From contig NC_068982.1 in assembly GCF_001194135.2 (NCBI RefSeq), positions 48,441,019-48,505,018 on the forward strand: a stretch of DNA of 64,000 bases, written 5' to 3'. This stretch comes from Octopus bimaculoides. Lineage: Eukaryota. Shown here in pieces: positions 1 through 11,291 of the stretch. Each line of letters starts with the position of its first letter. The first letter of the stretch is position 1. The translations under genes and the position numbers were made by a program. The notes below the pieces were generated by a model. It searched no databases, was not told the origin of the DNA, and was given only the letters and a program-made list of their open reading frames with translations.

Positions 1-404
1 CTGCTTTGAGATTCACCATTCCAAAAAAGAATTATTTCATGTTCTCTCAAAAGTTTATAAATGCTTATGATGTCAACAAAATAACTGATTTAAAATATTT
101 TGTTTACCATTCTTCTGGTACATAAAGAAAAATAAGTTAACTGAATCATATATTTAGGCATTTGGAACACATTCCTGATTTGTTCGTCTTCATTTAATTC
201 TTTATTCAGGGTGACTTTGTTCTATCATTTATCTAAACTAATGAAGAAGCTTCTACACAGTTGCTTGACTTGTGAGGAATATCAGTTAAATTTCCTTCAA
301 ATTATATCCTATGTTCTTGGAGAAGGAAGGACGAATTAGACAATTTAATCTCTATCATATTACAAAATGGCAAAATAAAAACAATTAAATAATTCTTCCT
401 AATT

Positions 405-610
405 TTAGCACAAAGTCAGCAATTTTGAAAGAAGGGAAGCAAGTTGATTACAACAACCCCAGTGCATGACTGGTACTTAATTTAGGGACCCTGAAAGGAT
501 GAAAGGCAAAATCGACCTCAGACGACTTTTGAACTTAGAGATTCAGAAGCAATGCCACTAAACATTTAGTCCAATGTGTTAATGATTCTGCCAGCTTGTT
601 GCCTTCTAAT
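405..610 (-). mobile_element. tRNA-headed SINE, family B
   Basis: Reverse complement has head TGGCAGAATC...AAGTTCAAAAGTC and body TTTGCCTTTCATCCTTTCAGGGTC...AAGTACCAGT. The same layout recurs about 10 times in the window. Confidence 0.8.
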
Positions 611-994
611 AATTTAATAAAATCAGTCTTATGACATTTGGAATGCCTTTGATTAAAGGTCTGCTCACTCAAAACTGACTCACCTAGTGGTGCTTTGGGG
701 ATGAGGACTTCAATTACAATAATAACAATAAACATTAACACATATTCCTATGATTTTCCCATTTAACATGTATCTACTTAGTTTCCATCATAGGCATAGT
801 CATGGCTGTGGTTAAGATGCTTGCTTTGCAGCCATATAGTTTTGAGGTTCAGTCCTACAGCAAGTGTCTTCTTGGGCAAGTGTCTTCTACTATAGTCCCA
901 GGCCAACACCCAATGTTTTGTGAGTGGAATTGGTAGAAGGAAACTGAAAGAAGTCTGTCATATATATATATCTACCTATCTATCTATCTATCAT

Positions 995-1135
995 CATCAT
1001 TTAATGTCTGCTTTCCATGCTGGCATGGGATGGACAGCTTGACAGGAGCTGGCTAGGCAGAAGACTGCACAAGGCTTCACTGTCTGTTTTGGCATGGTTT
1101 TTTTTAATGATTGGATGTCCTTCCTAATACAGTAA
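995..1135 (-). mobile_element. RTE-LINE 3' tail fragment
   Basis: catcatcatttaatgtctgctttccatgctggcatggg...ggatgtccttcctaat is the reverse complement of the shared RTE tail ending in (GAT)n. Confidence 0.75.
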
Positions 1136-1208
1136 TCCCTTGACTATCATGGTTGTTATGTTCCAAAATCCCCTGTGATAGTTGAACCGCGATATGACAA
1201 GGGATTAC

Positions 1209-1211
<3 letters not shown>

Positions 1212-1299
<88 letters not shown>
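1212..1299. repeat. (TA)n microsatellite
   Basis: Direct reading. One of many (TA)n, (CA)n and (GA)n tracts; this one produces the IYIYIY ORFs. Confidence 0.98.
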
Positions 1300-1302
<3 letters not shown>

Positions 1303-1904
1303 TACATACATACATACACACACATTTATATATATATATCTGCTGTGTGAGTGTGTCTTTCAGTTTGTGTACACCCCATCACCACCATTTGACAACCAGT
1401 GTTAGTTTATTTACATCCATGTAACTTAACAGTTTTGGGAAAAAACGTCCAATAGAATAAGTACCAGGCATAGGAAAATAAGTACCAGGATCAATTTGTT
1501 CAGCTAAACTCTCCATGGTGGTGCCATGGTATGGCTGCAGTTCAATGACTGAAACAAGTAAAAGATATAAGATGAAAAGAACTAAAAGACTTCTTTATTA
1601 TTTTAATTTTCTTTGTTAAGAATATATGATTTTATTGATGTAATATCTTCATTAAGTTCAAATTCTGCCAAGGCTGAATTTGCCTTTCATCCTTTCAGGG
1701 TCAATAAATTAAGTACCACCTGCACACTGGGGTCGATCTAATCGACTGCCCCCCCCAAAAAAAAAATTTCGGGCCTTGTGCCTAGTATAGAAAAGTATAT
1801 CGTTATTAAATTTTTATTATCCCAAAAGATAAAACCTTTCATCTATGTAAGTCAGCCATAAGGAGATCATGGAGATCATGATGTCAAAACAAGAACACAC
1901 ACAA

Positions 1905-1952
<48 letters not shown>

Positions 1953-3044
1953 TCATATGTGTGTGTGTGTGTGTGTGTGTGTGTATGAGCGCACAATGTT
2001 CTTCCAGCTTCTGTCTATCGAATCCATTCATAGGTCTTTGGTCAGACCCCAAGGCCATAGTTGAAAATATTGCACAAAGTGCCATGCAGTGGGACTGAAC
2101 CAAAAAGCATACATTTAGGAGGTAACTTTCTTAACCACACAGTCATACCTGCTCCAGAAACCATGCCAGGATCTATAACCACACTTGCAACTATTGAATT
2201 TAAGAAAAAAGACAGCTTCCTTTTATTATCCAATATCTATTTTGTTCCTATTGTTTCTAGTTCAGAAGTGATTAGATTAATAAAGCAATATAGTTTACTA
2301 ATATATTGGTTCTATTATAACTGAAGTATGAAATTTGTATGTTTCATGTTTTAATTATGAAAGTTGAACATTAAAGCTAACAATGGAAAAGAACAAAGTC
2401 AGAAGATCTCTGCTGAGAAAAGATAGCACTTCTGTCTAAAGCTGCCATTAGCAGTGCACAGAGTGTAAATTTGAAAGGCTAAAAAGTAATACAGTACATA
2501 GTTGATTCAAATATGGATACAGCTAATGGTAAGTCATCATCATTTTTGTTGTTGTTATATATATTACTGTTTTATGAGAGTTTATCTGTGCTGTCATGGA
2601 TTAGAGTAGTCTGGCACTACCTTAAAGTGTTTAGTCAAAGAAAATGACCTCAGTATAAATTTACTAATTTTTGTTGTTGTTTAAGCTTAATGTTTAGCCT
2701 ATCAATCACTTCTTGACAAACTGCTAAGTTACGGGGATGTGAACAAACTAACAACAGTTGTCATGTGATGGTGGCTGACAAACACATACACACATACACA
2801 CATACATGTATGATGGGCTCCAATTTCTGTCTGCCAAATCCACACACAAGGATTCAGTGAGTCCAATGCTATAGTTGAAGACACTTGTTCAAGATGGGAC
2901 ACAGTTGAACTGAACCTGGAACCATGTGGTTAGGAAGCAATCTTCTTACCACACAGCTCTGCCTGTCCCAATTTTTCATCATCTCATTTATGAGGCTACT
3001 TCAATGGCTCCTTCTTTTAGATAGATTATATTGATTTATCTTAG

Positions 3045-3085
3045 AGGATATCACAATTCATTTTGATCTTGCATTATCTCATTTG
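3045..3085 (+). CDS. candidate coding exon of unidentified gene (EDITIHFDLALSHL)
   Basis: tttatcttAG acceptor, G|GTAAGC donor, 41 nt open in phase 1 to 0, in non-repeat sequence. No recognised homology. Confidence 0.25.
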
Positions 3086-3707
3086 GTAAGCTGTTTCATG
3101 AAACAGTTATTTTTTACTAATGATGCCTTCCATTTTTGTATTCATTGCTTATTGTCCATTCACATCATGCATTCATACTACCACAGTTGTCTCCCATGAT
3201 GCCTTTAATATCTTATCATTCCCCTTCAATTGCATCATTACACATTCAACGTATCATACTCAACTCCTTTCTCTCTTGAGTCTGCCAATCTTACATATTC
3301 AATGTCTATGTCTCATCAAGTCACATAGCCAAGTTGTTGGGGTGCTGGACTCACAATCATAAGATTACAGGTTCAATTTCTTAAGTGGATGGTACACTAT
3401 GTCCTTGAGCAAGGCACTCATTTTTATGTTGCTCTAGTCTGCACAACTGAAAATGAACACCAGCCAAGTGCTGGTATAGTTCTCTCCATCCAACTGTCAC
3501 ATCCTTGAATATTCACTGGGTCAAGAGTGGGAGAACCATGAAGGTGTATATGTTAGCTTGTGAGTATGGCTTTCTGTCTCATTATCACAGAACATTCTAC
3601 TACTTAAACATATTTCCTACAATCTGTCCTTGACACAAAAGTAAAAGACTTAGTTTTCAATAGAAGCAACAGTTCCTTGAACTCCTTTCAACCTTTTCGT
3701 ATTCTAG

Positions 3708-3756
3708 CTTCCACGCTTTCACAGCAGCAGCCCAACACACTAATTAGATCATCGAG
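3708..3756 (+). CDS. candidate coding exon of unidentified gene ((ASTLSQ)QQPNTLIRSS)
   Basis: Pyrimidine-rich acceptors at 3707 and 3724 (NAGNAG), GAG|GTAACA donor, open frame. No recognised homology. Confidence 0.25.
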
Positions 3757-4272
3757 GTAACAGAAACTCTGAACTATGTCTAATGAACCATCTGTGAAGT
3801 TTATGGACTTCATTCTATTGTTAATTATTCCTGTACATGTAACACATCTGAAGTATTTTTCTTACAACTTTCTGACAAATCCTGCCATAGGAACAAGGTC
3901 ACCAACATATAAAAGTTCTCGAAGATAATAATTAACGAAGAAGAGAATCTGACTCATTAATCTTATATCTAATTCATGAATCTTTCCGTGGCTTCAATCT
4001 TGTCAAGTCTGAATGAATCTTATTCACACTCTAAAGGTTATGCATTGTAGTAGATAGAAACTTGCAGTCAGAAATACCTTTCCATTTATTTATATGTAAT
4101 TCTGTCAAAATAACAAGTCGTTACATTTCACAATAATCACCTTACAGACATAAATAATACCAAAGTGTCTACTTACTGAGCAACAAATGGCACAAATAAT
4201 ATTCACTAGATGACAAGTAAAGATATTTCTGAAATATTCTGTTGAGATTATGTTTGATTCTTTTATTTTTAC

Positions 4273-4440
4273 GACTATGTGGCTGTGGGTTCAATCCCAC
4301 AGTGTGGAAACTTGGGCGAGTGTCTTCCATAACAACCCTGGATCAACCAATACTGTGCAATTGAATTTGGTAGACAGAGAACTGTGTGAAAACTTGAATA
4401 CATATGCGTGTGTGTGTGTGTGTTTGTGTGTGTGGGGGTA

Positions 4441-4474
<34 letters not shown>

Positions 4475-4735
4475 TGTGTGTGTGCGTGTGTGTGTTTGTG
4501 CGTGTGTGTGTGTGTGTGTGTGTGTTTGTTCCCACCCCACCTATTGACAACCAGTGTTAGTTTATGTCCCTGTAACTTAACAATTTGGCAAAAGAGACTG
4601 ATAGAGTTAATACTAGAACTTTAAAAAGAATTAGTACTGGGGTTGATTTGTTTGGCTAAGCCCTTCAACGTGGTGCCCCAGCAAGGCCACAGTCCAATAA
4701 CTCAAACAAATAAAATATAAAAGATAAAATATAGA
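4273..4735 (+). mobile_element. tRNA/CORE-like SINE, family A, with internal (TG)n
   Basis: GGGTTCAATCCCAC B-box-like head, CTTGGGCGAGTGTCTT core, internal TG tract, 3' end CCAGCA(T)GGCCACAGTC...AAAAGATAAAA. Confidence 0.8.
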
Positions 4736-4774
4736 AAACAAGTAAAGAGATTTCCTGGACAAAAAGTGTGTCCT

Positions 4775-5175
4775 TTATCTTTTACTTGTCTCAGTCATTA
4801 GACCAGGCCATACTGGGACACTGCCTTGAAGAATTTTAATCAAATTAATTAATACCAGCTCTTATAATTTTTTTAATGCCTGGTACTTATTCTACCTGTC
4901 TCTTTTGCCAAACAACTAAGCTATGGGGATGTAAACACACCAACACTGGTTGTCAAGCAGTGGTGGTGGGGGACAAACACAGACACAAAACACACTCACA
5001 CTCAAATATATATATACAATATATATGACAGGCTTCTTTCAGTTTCCGTCAACCAAATATACTCCCAAGGCCTTGTTTGACTTGAAACACTTGCGCAAGG
5101 TGCCGTGCAATGGAACTGAACCCAGAACCACGTGGTTGAGAAGCAAGCTTCTTATCACACACCCATGCCTGCACC
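4775..5175 (-). mobile_element. SINE family A
   Basis: Reverse-complement copy, tail-to-tail with the 4273-4735 copy. Confidence 0.85.
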
Positions 5176-5204
5176 TATGATTCTGTAATTTCAGTACTTA
5201 TCTT

Positions 5205-5620
5205 TTATCTTTTACTTGTTTTAGTCATTGGACTGTGGCCATGCTGGGGCGCCACCTTCAAGAATCGATCTCAGTTCTTATGCTTTTCTTTTTAAAAATC
5301 TGGTACTTATTCTATCAGACCCTTTTGAGAAACTGCTAAGTTACAGGGAAACAAACACACAAGTACTGGTTGTGAAGCAATGGCTGGGGGACAGATACAG
5401 ATGTAAAGACACACACATATGCACACACTCTGTCTCTCACACACACACACATGTACAAAAGGCTTCTTTCAGTTTCTGTCAACCAAATACATTCACAAGG
5501 CTTTAGTCAACCTGGGACTATAGTAGAAGTCACTTGCCCAAGATGCTAGGCAGTGGGACTGAATCCAGAGCCATGCACTTGGGAAGCAAGCTTCTTACCA
5601 CAGAGCCACACCAGTACCTA
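5205..5620 (-). mobile_element. SINE family A
   Basis: Second tandem reverse-complement copy with the same motifs. Confidence 0.85.
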
Positions 5621-6289
5621 TTTAAGGACTACAATTAAGAGATAATTATTTTGAATTTTCCAGATTACAATTGATAGAAAATGTATCAGTATTAAGTTAG
5701 TGTAGGATGGAGAATGACCTTTAACAGGCTATCATTAACCTTTAGAGTTTCAAATAAAGAAAATCTTAGGACATTAATTCATGCTTTTAATTAGTTCTGA
5801 AACCATTAGACTGATATTGGCAATAGTAGTTAAACTTNNNNNNNNNNNNNNNNNNNNNNNNNNNNNNNNNNNNNNNNNNNNNNNNNNNNNNNNNNNNNNN
5901 NNNNNNNNNNNNNNNNNNNNNNNNNNNNNNNNNNNNNNNNNNNNNNNNNNNNNNNNNNNNNNNNNNNNNNNNNNNNNNNNNNNNNNNNNNNNNNNNNNNN
6001 NNNNNNNNNNNNNNNNNNNNNNNNNNNNNNNNNNNNNNNNNNNNNNNNNNNNNNNNNNNNNNNNNNNNNNNNNNNNNNNNNNNNNNNNNNNNNNNNNNNN
6101 NNNNNNNNNNNNNNNNNNNNNNNNNNNNNNNNNNNNNNNNNNNNNNNNNNNNNNNNNNNNNNNNNNNNNNNNNNNCAATTTATTAATTTATTAATAAATC
6201 AACAATTAATAATTTTTACCAAGCCCTTCGGTATGTAAACACCATTATCGGTGGAGAACTTATTTAAAAGTTCTTATACATTTATAAAC

Positions 6290-6554
6290 ATAATTAAGGG
6301 ATCAGCAAACATTTGCTTCACCACATACCAAAGTTCAGAAATAGCAGCTAAAAAAACTGAGACTCCAACAGATAGCATTACTTGTAACTCACAAAGGCAA
6401 AAACAAGAAGAAAAAACAATGAAAACTAACCATTCGAAGTTAATCATAGACACGTTTCTGGATTATGAGCGATAATACTCAATTTCCTTCATCGGTATGC
6501 TATTTCTGAACTTCGGTATGTGGTGAAGCAAATGTTTCCTGATCCCTTAATTAT
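6290..6554 (-). mobile_element. small element with 57-bp inverted arms enclosing a hammerhead-like motif (Penelope pLTR-like remnant or MITE)
   Basis: 6290-6346 and 6498-6554 are inverted repeats with 2 mismatches in 57 (hand count). The right end abuts (TA)n. Confidence 0.7.
6445..6499 (-). ncRNA. type I hammerhead ribozyme-like motif (core variant U4C)
   Basis: Minus strand reads CAUA-CCGAUGA-A-GGAAAUUGAG-UAUUAUCG-CUCAUAAUCC-A-GAAAC-GU-GUC-UAUG. Stem I is CAUA/UAUG, stem II is 3+4 bp, and there is a GUC site. Confidence 0.6.
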
Positions 6555-6566
6555 ATATATATATAT

Positions 6567-6897
6567 CTAGGAGGTGATACCACAAATTTCCCAGACTAGT
6601 TATGTTTAAAAAAAAATAACTTATTTACCTAAATTTTAGCATCATCTCCTTTGAAATAGTCACCTTGCACAGCAATATACTAGTCCTGGTGTTCCTGCCA
6701 GAGTGAGTCACAGAAAGTCTTCAACTCACTTACGGAAAACAACACCTGGACCGGATTCCAAAAGTGGTAGGAACACTGGGACTGGCATATTGCTGCACAA
6801 GGTGACTATTTCAAAGGAAATGATGTTAAGACACTGGTAAAGGAATTATTTTTTATCAAAAATAACTAGTCTAGGAACCTATTGATACCACTTCGTA
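6567..6897. mobile_element. palindromic MITE derived from a mariner transposase 3' end
   Basis: Arms 6642-6700 and 6765-6823 are inverted (8 transitions in 59). The ends are also inverted and TA-flanked. The right arm translates FQKW*EHWDWHIAAQGDYFKG, like the mariner C-terminus. Confidence 0.8.
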
Positions 6898-7087
6898 TAT
6901 CTGTATGTATATGTATGTAAAAACTTACTTTCTAATTACATGGTGCCTAGTTTAGTCTCACTGCATGGCAGCTTGGCCAAGTGCCTTCTACTATGGTCCC
7001 AAGTTGATCAAGCCTTGTGAGTGGATTTAGTAAATGGTAATTGAAAGAAGCTTATTGTGCATATGTATATTTATATTTTACATATAA

Positions 7088-7260
7088 GTGCAGGAGTGGC
7101 TGTGTGGTAAGCAGCTTGCTTCTCAATCACATGGTTCTGGATTCAGTCCTACTGTGTGGCATCTTGGGCAAATGTCTTCTTTTATAGCCTCGGGCTGACC
7201 CAAAACCTTGTGAGTGGATTTGGTAGATTTAAACTGAAAGAAGCTCACTGTATATATATA

Positions 7261-7317
<57 letters not shown>

Positions 7318-7520
7318 ATGTGTGCATGTGTGTGTTTGTCCCCCACCACTGCTTAACAACCAGTGTTGGTGCTTTTATGTTCCTGTAAAATAAACTAATA
7401 GAATAAGTGTTAGACTTTGAAATTAAGTAAGGACAGGAGTCAATTTGCTCAACTAAAATTCTTCAAGGCAGTGTCCCAGCATGGTGACAGTCTAATAACT
7501 GAAACAAGTAAAAGATAAAA
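7088..7520 (+). mobile_element. SINE family A, full length
   Basis: GCAGGAGTGGCTGTGTGGTAAG head, GGATTCAGTCC B-box-like, CTTGGGCAAATGTCTT core, (TG)n, AAAAGATAAAAGA tail. Further partial copies at about 791-960, 1335-1575, 1985-2160, 2590-2965, 9183-9340, 9745-9940, 10075-10190, 11890-11990, 18915-19075, 28460-28800, 36520-36670, 48705-48842, 49490-49640 and 58975-59125. Confidence 0.9.
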
Positions 7521-7669
7521 GATATTTATACTAGGTGCCAATTTTATCTCCTCTTTCCAAAATTCACATAAAGCACTTGCATCTCATTCTCTCGTTACTG
7601 TATCTCATCTTTCATGTGCTACACTAAATATTTTAATAATAAATAAATGCACCCTTTTAAAGCCTAGCC

Positions 7670-7895
7670 TACCTCATGGGCCCAGTTTCCCAGTTTCAAT
7701 GGCGTATTTGTTCCCCAGCTGGACGGAACGCCAGTCCATCGCAGCGTTACTCATTTTTGCCAGCTGAGTGGACTGGAGCAACGTAAAATGAAGTGTTTTG
7801 CTCAAGAACACAATGCATCACCCGGTCCAGGAATCGAAACCACAATCTTACGATCATGATGCTGACACCCTAACCACTAAGCCACGCACCTCCAC
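7670..7895 (-). mobile_element. tRNA-headed SINE, family D (young, CpG-rich copy)
   Basis: Minus strand GTGGAGGTGCGTGGCTTAGTGG (A box) ... GTTTCGATTCC (B box), then TTCTTGAGCAAAACACTTCA...CTCCAGTCCACTCAGCTG. Related copies at about 3325-3480, 12225-12530, 12872-13112, 32935-33210, 35175-35500, 46735-46972, 57690-57860 and 60275-60505. Confidence 0.88.
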
Positions 7896-7967
7896 AATAA
7901 ATATTTTACCAAAACCTTATTCTTCAGAACAGTATTTCTTTTCAATTATCTATCACAACTCCCTACA

Positions 7968-8370
7968 TCAATCCCAGTGTTCAACTGGTACTTTTTTTAT
8001 TGCCCCTCCCCCCACAAGGACGAAAGGTGAAGTTGACCTCAGCGGAATTTGAACTCAATGTAAAGACAAACGAAATACCATTAAGCCTTTTGCCCATCAT
8101 GTTAACAATTCTGCCAGCTCACCACTATTACCCTAGAGCTAATATTGGTTTCAAATGTTGGCACAAGGCCAGCAAGTTTCGTGGAGTAGCAAATTAATTA
8201 CATTAACCCAGTGCTCAGCTGGTACTTTTTTTTATCCACCCTGAAAGAAATAAAGGTAAAGTTGACCTCACCGGAATTTGAACTCAGAATGTAAAGACAA
8301 ACGAAATGCCTCTAAGCATTTTGCCCATCATGCTAATGATTCTGCCAGCTCACCACCATTACCCTAGAGC
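7968..8370 (-). mobile_element. two tandem SINE family B copies
   Basis: Near-duplicate units, each GAAAGGT(G/A)AAGTTGACCTC..GGAATTTGAACTCA.AATGTAAAGACAAACGAAAT...CTGCCAGCTCACCAC followed by TTACCCTAGAGCTAATATTG. Confidence 0.85.
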
Positions 8371-8861
8371 TAATATTGACTGGTATTTTTATATCAATGA
8401 AGTATGATGCAGTCTCTGGGCCTTTATGGATGTTAAATGATGATGATGATGAGGAGGAGGAGGAGGATGATGATGATAACGATGAGAAGAATGAAAGGCA
8501 AACTTGAACTTGGCTGGATATGAACTCAGAACATAAAATTTGCAACTAAATACTACAAAACATTTTGTCTGACATTCTAATGATACTGTCATTAATAAAC
8601 TAGATAAGAGTGAGTAAAGCAATCAAGGATATGAACATAAAGAAAATTGTAGCTTTCTCTGAAGTAGTTGATAAAATGATTATAAAAAACAAAAGCAAAA
8701 AGCAGAATAGGTTAATTTTCCACTTAACTTAGTTAAGTTGTGCAACAAAGTGTTATCCTCAAATTACTAGCAACATTGTTAAACGTAAAAGAGATACTCT
8801 AAAGAAAGGAAATTACTGGAGCATTAAGTAAATAGATCAATAGATCAAGCCATCACCATAA

Positions 8862-8929
<68 letters not shown>
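8862..8929. repeat. (AGT)n microsatellite
   Basis: Direct reading. Confidence 0.98.
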
Positions 8930-9344
8930 AAACAGATACTAAACATATTTGGTGCAGTGAGTCAAAAATTGCTAATTAAAATTACACCCATATGGATGAG
9001 AAAAAAAAATCACAACTCTGAAATAACCATTAATTGAATATAGAATTCAATATAGAATAGGCCTGACCTTTGGCAATAGAGTGACATCTCGGAACAAAGA
9101 AATAGATTACAAAAGATGCAGACTGTATTTGAATTAAGGCATTGGAGATGTGGTAGTATATATTTTTTAATAACATTATTTGGTGCAGGCATGGCTGTAT
9201 GATAAGAAGCTCGCTTCCTAACCACATGGTACTGGGTTCAGTCCCACTGTGTGGTACCTTTGGCAAGTGTCTTCTACTATAGCCTCAGGCCAACCAAAGC
9301 TTTGTAAGTGGATTTGGTAGATGGAAACTGAAAGAAGCCTGTGG

Positions 9345-9740
9345 AAAGAATTTGTGAAAGCGATAGACCCCAAAAGACATGGGATGAAGTGTTGAGAAAG
9401 GATATTCAGATGCTGGGCCTTACTGAGATGACAAGGGACCAGTGGTTTACTGTACTTGAAAAAATACAACAAACTAAGTAAAATCACTATCTTCCACACA
9501 TACAGGTTTGTCCTTTATTGGTACTGGTGCCACATAAAATGCACTCATGTTGGTGCTGCATAAATACACCCATGCCAGTGGCACATAAAAAGTACCCAGC
9601 ACACCCTGCAAAGTGGTTGGCATTAGGAAGGGCAACCTGTTGTAGAAACCACGCCACAACAGACAATTGGAATCTGGCCAGCTCCTGTCAAATCATCCAA
9701 TTCATGCCAGCATGAAAAATGAACATTAAATGATGATGTT
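9345..9740 (+). mobile_element. RTE LINE 3' end: ORF C-terminus, 3' UTR with short repeats, and tail
   Basis: Translates DRPQKTWDEVLRKDIQMLGLTEMTRDQWFTVLEKIQQTK*, followed by about 3 AAAA(G/T)CAC-type units, GTGGTTGGCATTAGGAAGGG and ATGATGATG. Confidence 0.85.
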
Positions 9741-10334
9741 ATCTATGTGTGAGTGTGTATTTGTGTCTGTGTTTGTTTCCAACCACAGCTTGACAGCTGG
9801 TGCTGGTGTGTTTATGTCCCCATAACTTACCAACTTCACAAAATAAGCCCTGGCATCAATTTGTTTCACTAAAACACTTCAAGGTGGTGTCCCAGCATGG
9901 CCTCAGTCAAATGACTGCAGCAAATAAAAGATAAAAGATTATTATTCTGTTTTGGAACAGTGAATCTCAAAGCACACTGTGCTATAAGAAATAGCAGGCA
10001 GTCTTTCACTTTTTCTATGCAGAAGGTTTTGCTACCCAATATTTATGTCTTTATTTATAGCTTTATGCGAAGGCTTTTCTTGGCCTGTGGCTATAGCTGA
10101 ATACACTTGCCCAAGGAGCCACACAGTGGTGTTGAACCCAGAATTATGTGATAGGGAAGCAAGCTTCTTACCATACAGCCACGCCTGCACATAGTATATG
10201 ATTTCTTTTCTCTGACCAATCCTGACATGAATGTTTTACCTCTCATTAAGGCTTTCCTATGTTCAACAATTTTGACTTTCAGGGGCCTTTCCATACTGGG
10301 ATAGTTTTAATGAATGAATAGTGGCTAAAATATA

Positions 10335-10680
10335 AATGCATGGAAAGAACTTCAGAGAAATGTTATTTCAGCTAGCAACAAAGAATTTCCTTTTCTGCAT
10401 GCAAAGCAGAATATATGAGGCATGTAGACAAGTGTTATATCTTATAGCAATGAAACATGGATATGAGGTATCAGATGTAGCAGAAGATGAATGAGTTGGG
10501 CATAGTCTGTTAGATGTACAACATGAATTTACAAGAAATACTGATAGAAAATCTCAACACAAGTGCATTGAAACATTGAAAAAGCATTTGTGACTTGGAA
10601 TTAATGGCCAATGTAACTTAAAAAGAGAACTGCATTATCTTAAACTTGTAATGCAAATGATGTTACCTAATGCATGAAAA
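10335..10680 (+). mobile_element. old, frameshifted RTE reverse-transcriptase C-terminal fragment
   Basis: Joined frames give AW.KNFREMLFQLATKNFLFCMQSRIYEAC..SVISYSNETW, aligning by eye with AWAKFRELLPLLATKGLSLRVKGRLYDACVRTTMLHGSET at 28 kb. Confidence 0.7.
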
Positions 10681-11291
10681 ACAACAGTAAGTTAGTAATA
10701 CAATATCATGTTTCAATAAACCAAGAAGATTTAAGTAGTGATTGCTTGGACAGATTTATAAATGTTGAGAAAATATCAGGGAGATAAGATAATATAGAAA
10801 CAAAACATTTTATTTTTGGGTGCGTAGTTTTAGTAATTAATCCACAGTGAATGAGCAGTGTCCTGGCACTCCCAGATTAGTAATAACCAAGAATTTAATA
10901 ACAATTTATTGACCATTTAAATTTTAAACAAATTTGTCTTCCTCTATGAAACAACAGCTTAATTTTGTTGATATTTGAATAAATTTCACAAAAAAGCTGT
11001 GCTCCTTCGAGTGTTAAGCATATTTTTGCACTTGAAGCTTGTTGTTGCCATTAGTTGTACACTTCCAATTCACAAAGCAGTGATTTTCAAATCATAATTG
11101 AAAGTTCTGCAAATCACAAAGGGAACTAAAAACTATTATCTAGTCATAAAGTAGTTAAAGCAGTTTTATATATAGTGTTGTAAATGGGGTTTTTTGTACT
11201 TCAAGAAAATAAGTACATGTTATTCAAAATATGAAAAGGAATATATTTTACAAAAGAAAAACAAAGCAAAAAAAGGAGAAAGAAAAAAACA

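Noticed and set aside
4205-4245. CTAGATGA...GAAATATTC resembling a hammerhead core
   Set aside because: Insertion in the core, no stem II and only a 2-bp stem I.
6212-6262. Possible fifth hammerhead on the minus strand (CCGAUAA-U-GGUGU-UUAC-AUACC-GAAG)
   Set aside because: Stem II is plausible, but there are at least three core changes and no credible stem III or cleavage triplet. At most a heavily decayed relic.
7860-7895. tRNA-like A/B-box sequences in SINE heads
   Set aside because: No complete cloverleaf, and they are fused to repeat bodies. These are SINE promoters, not tRNA genes.
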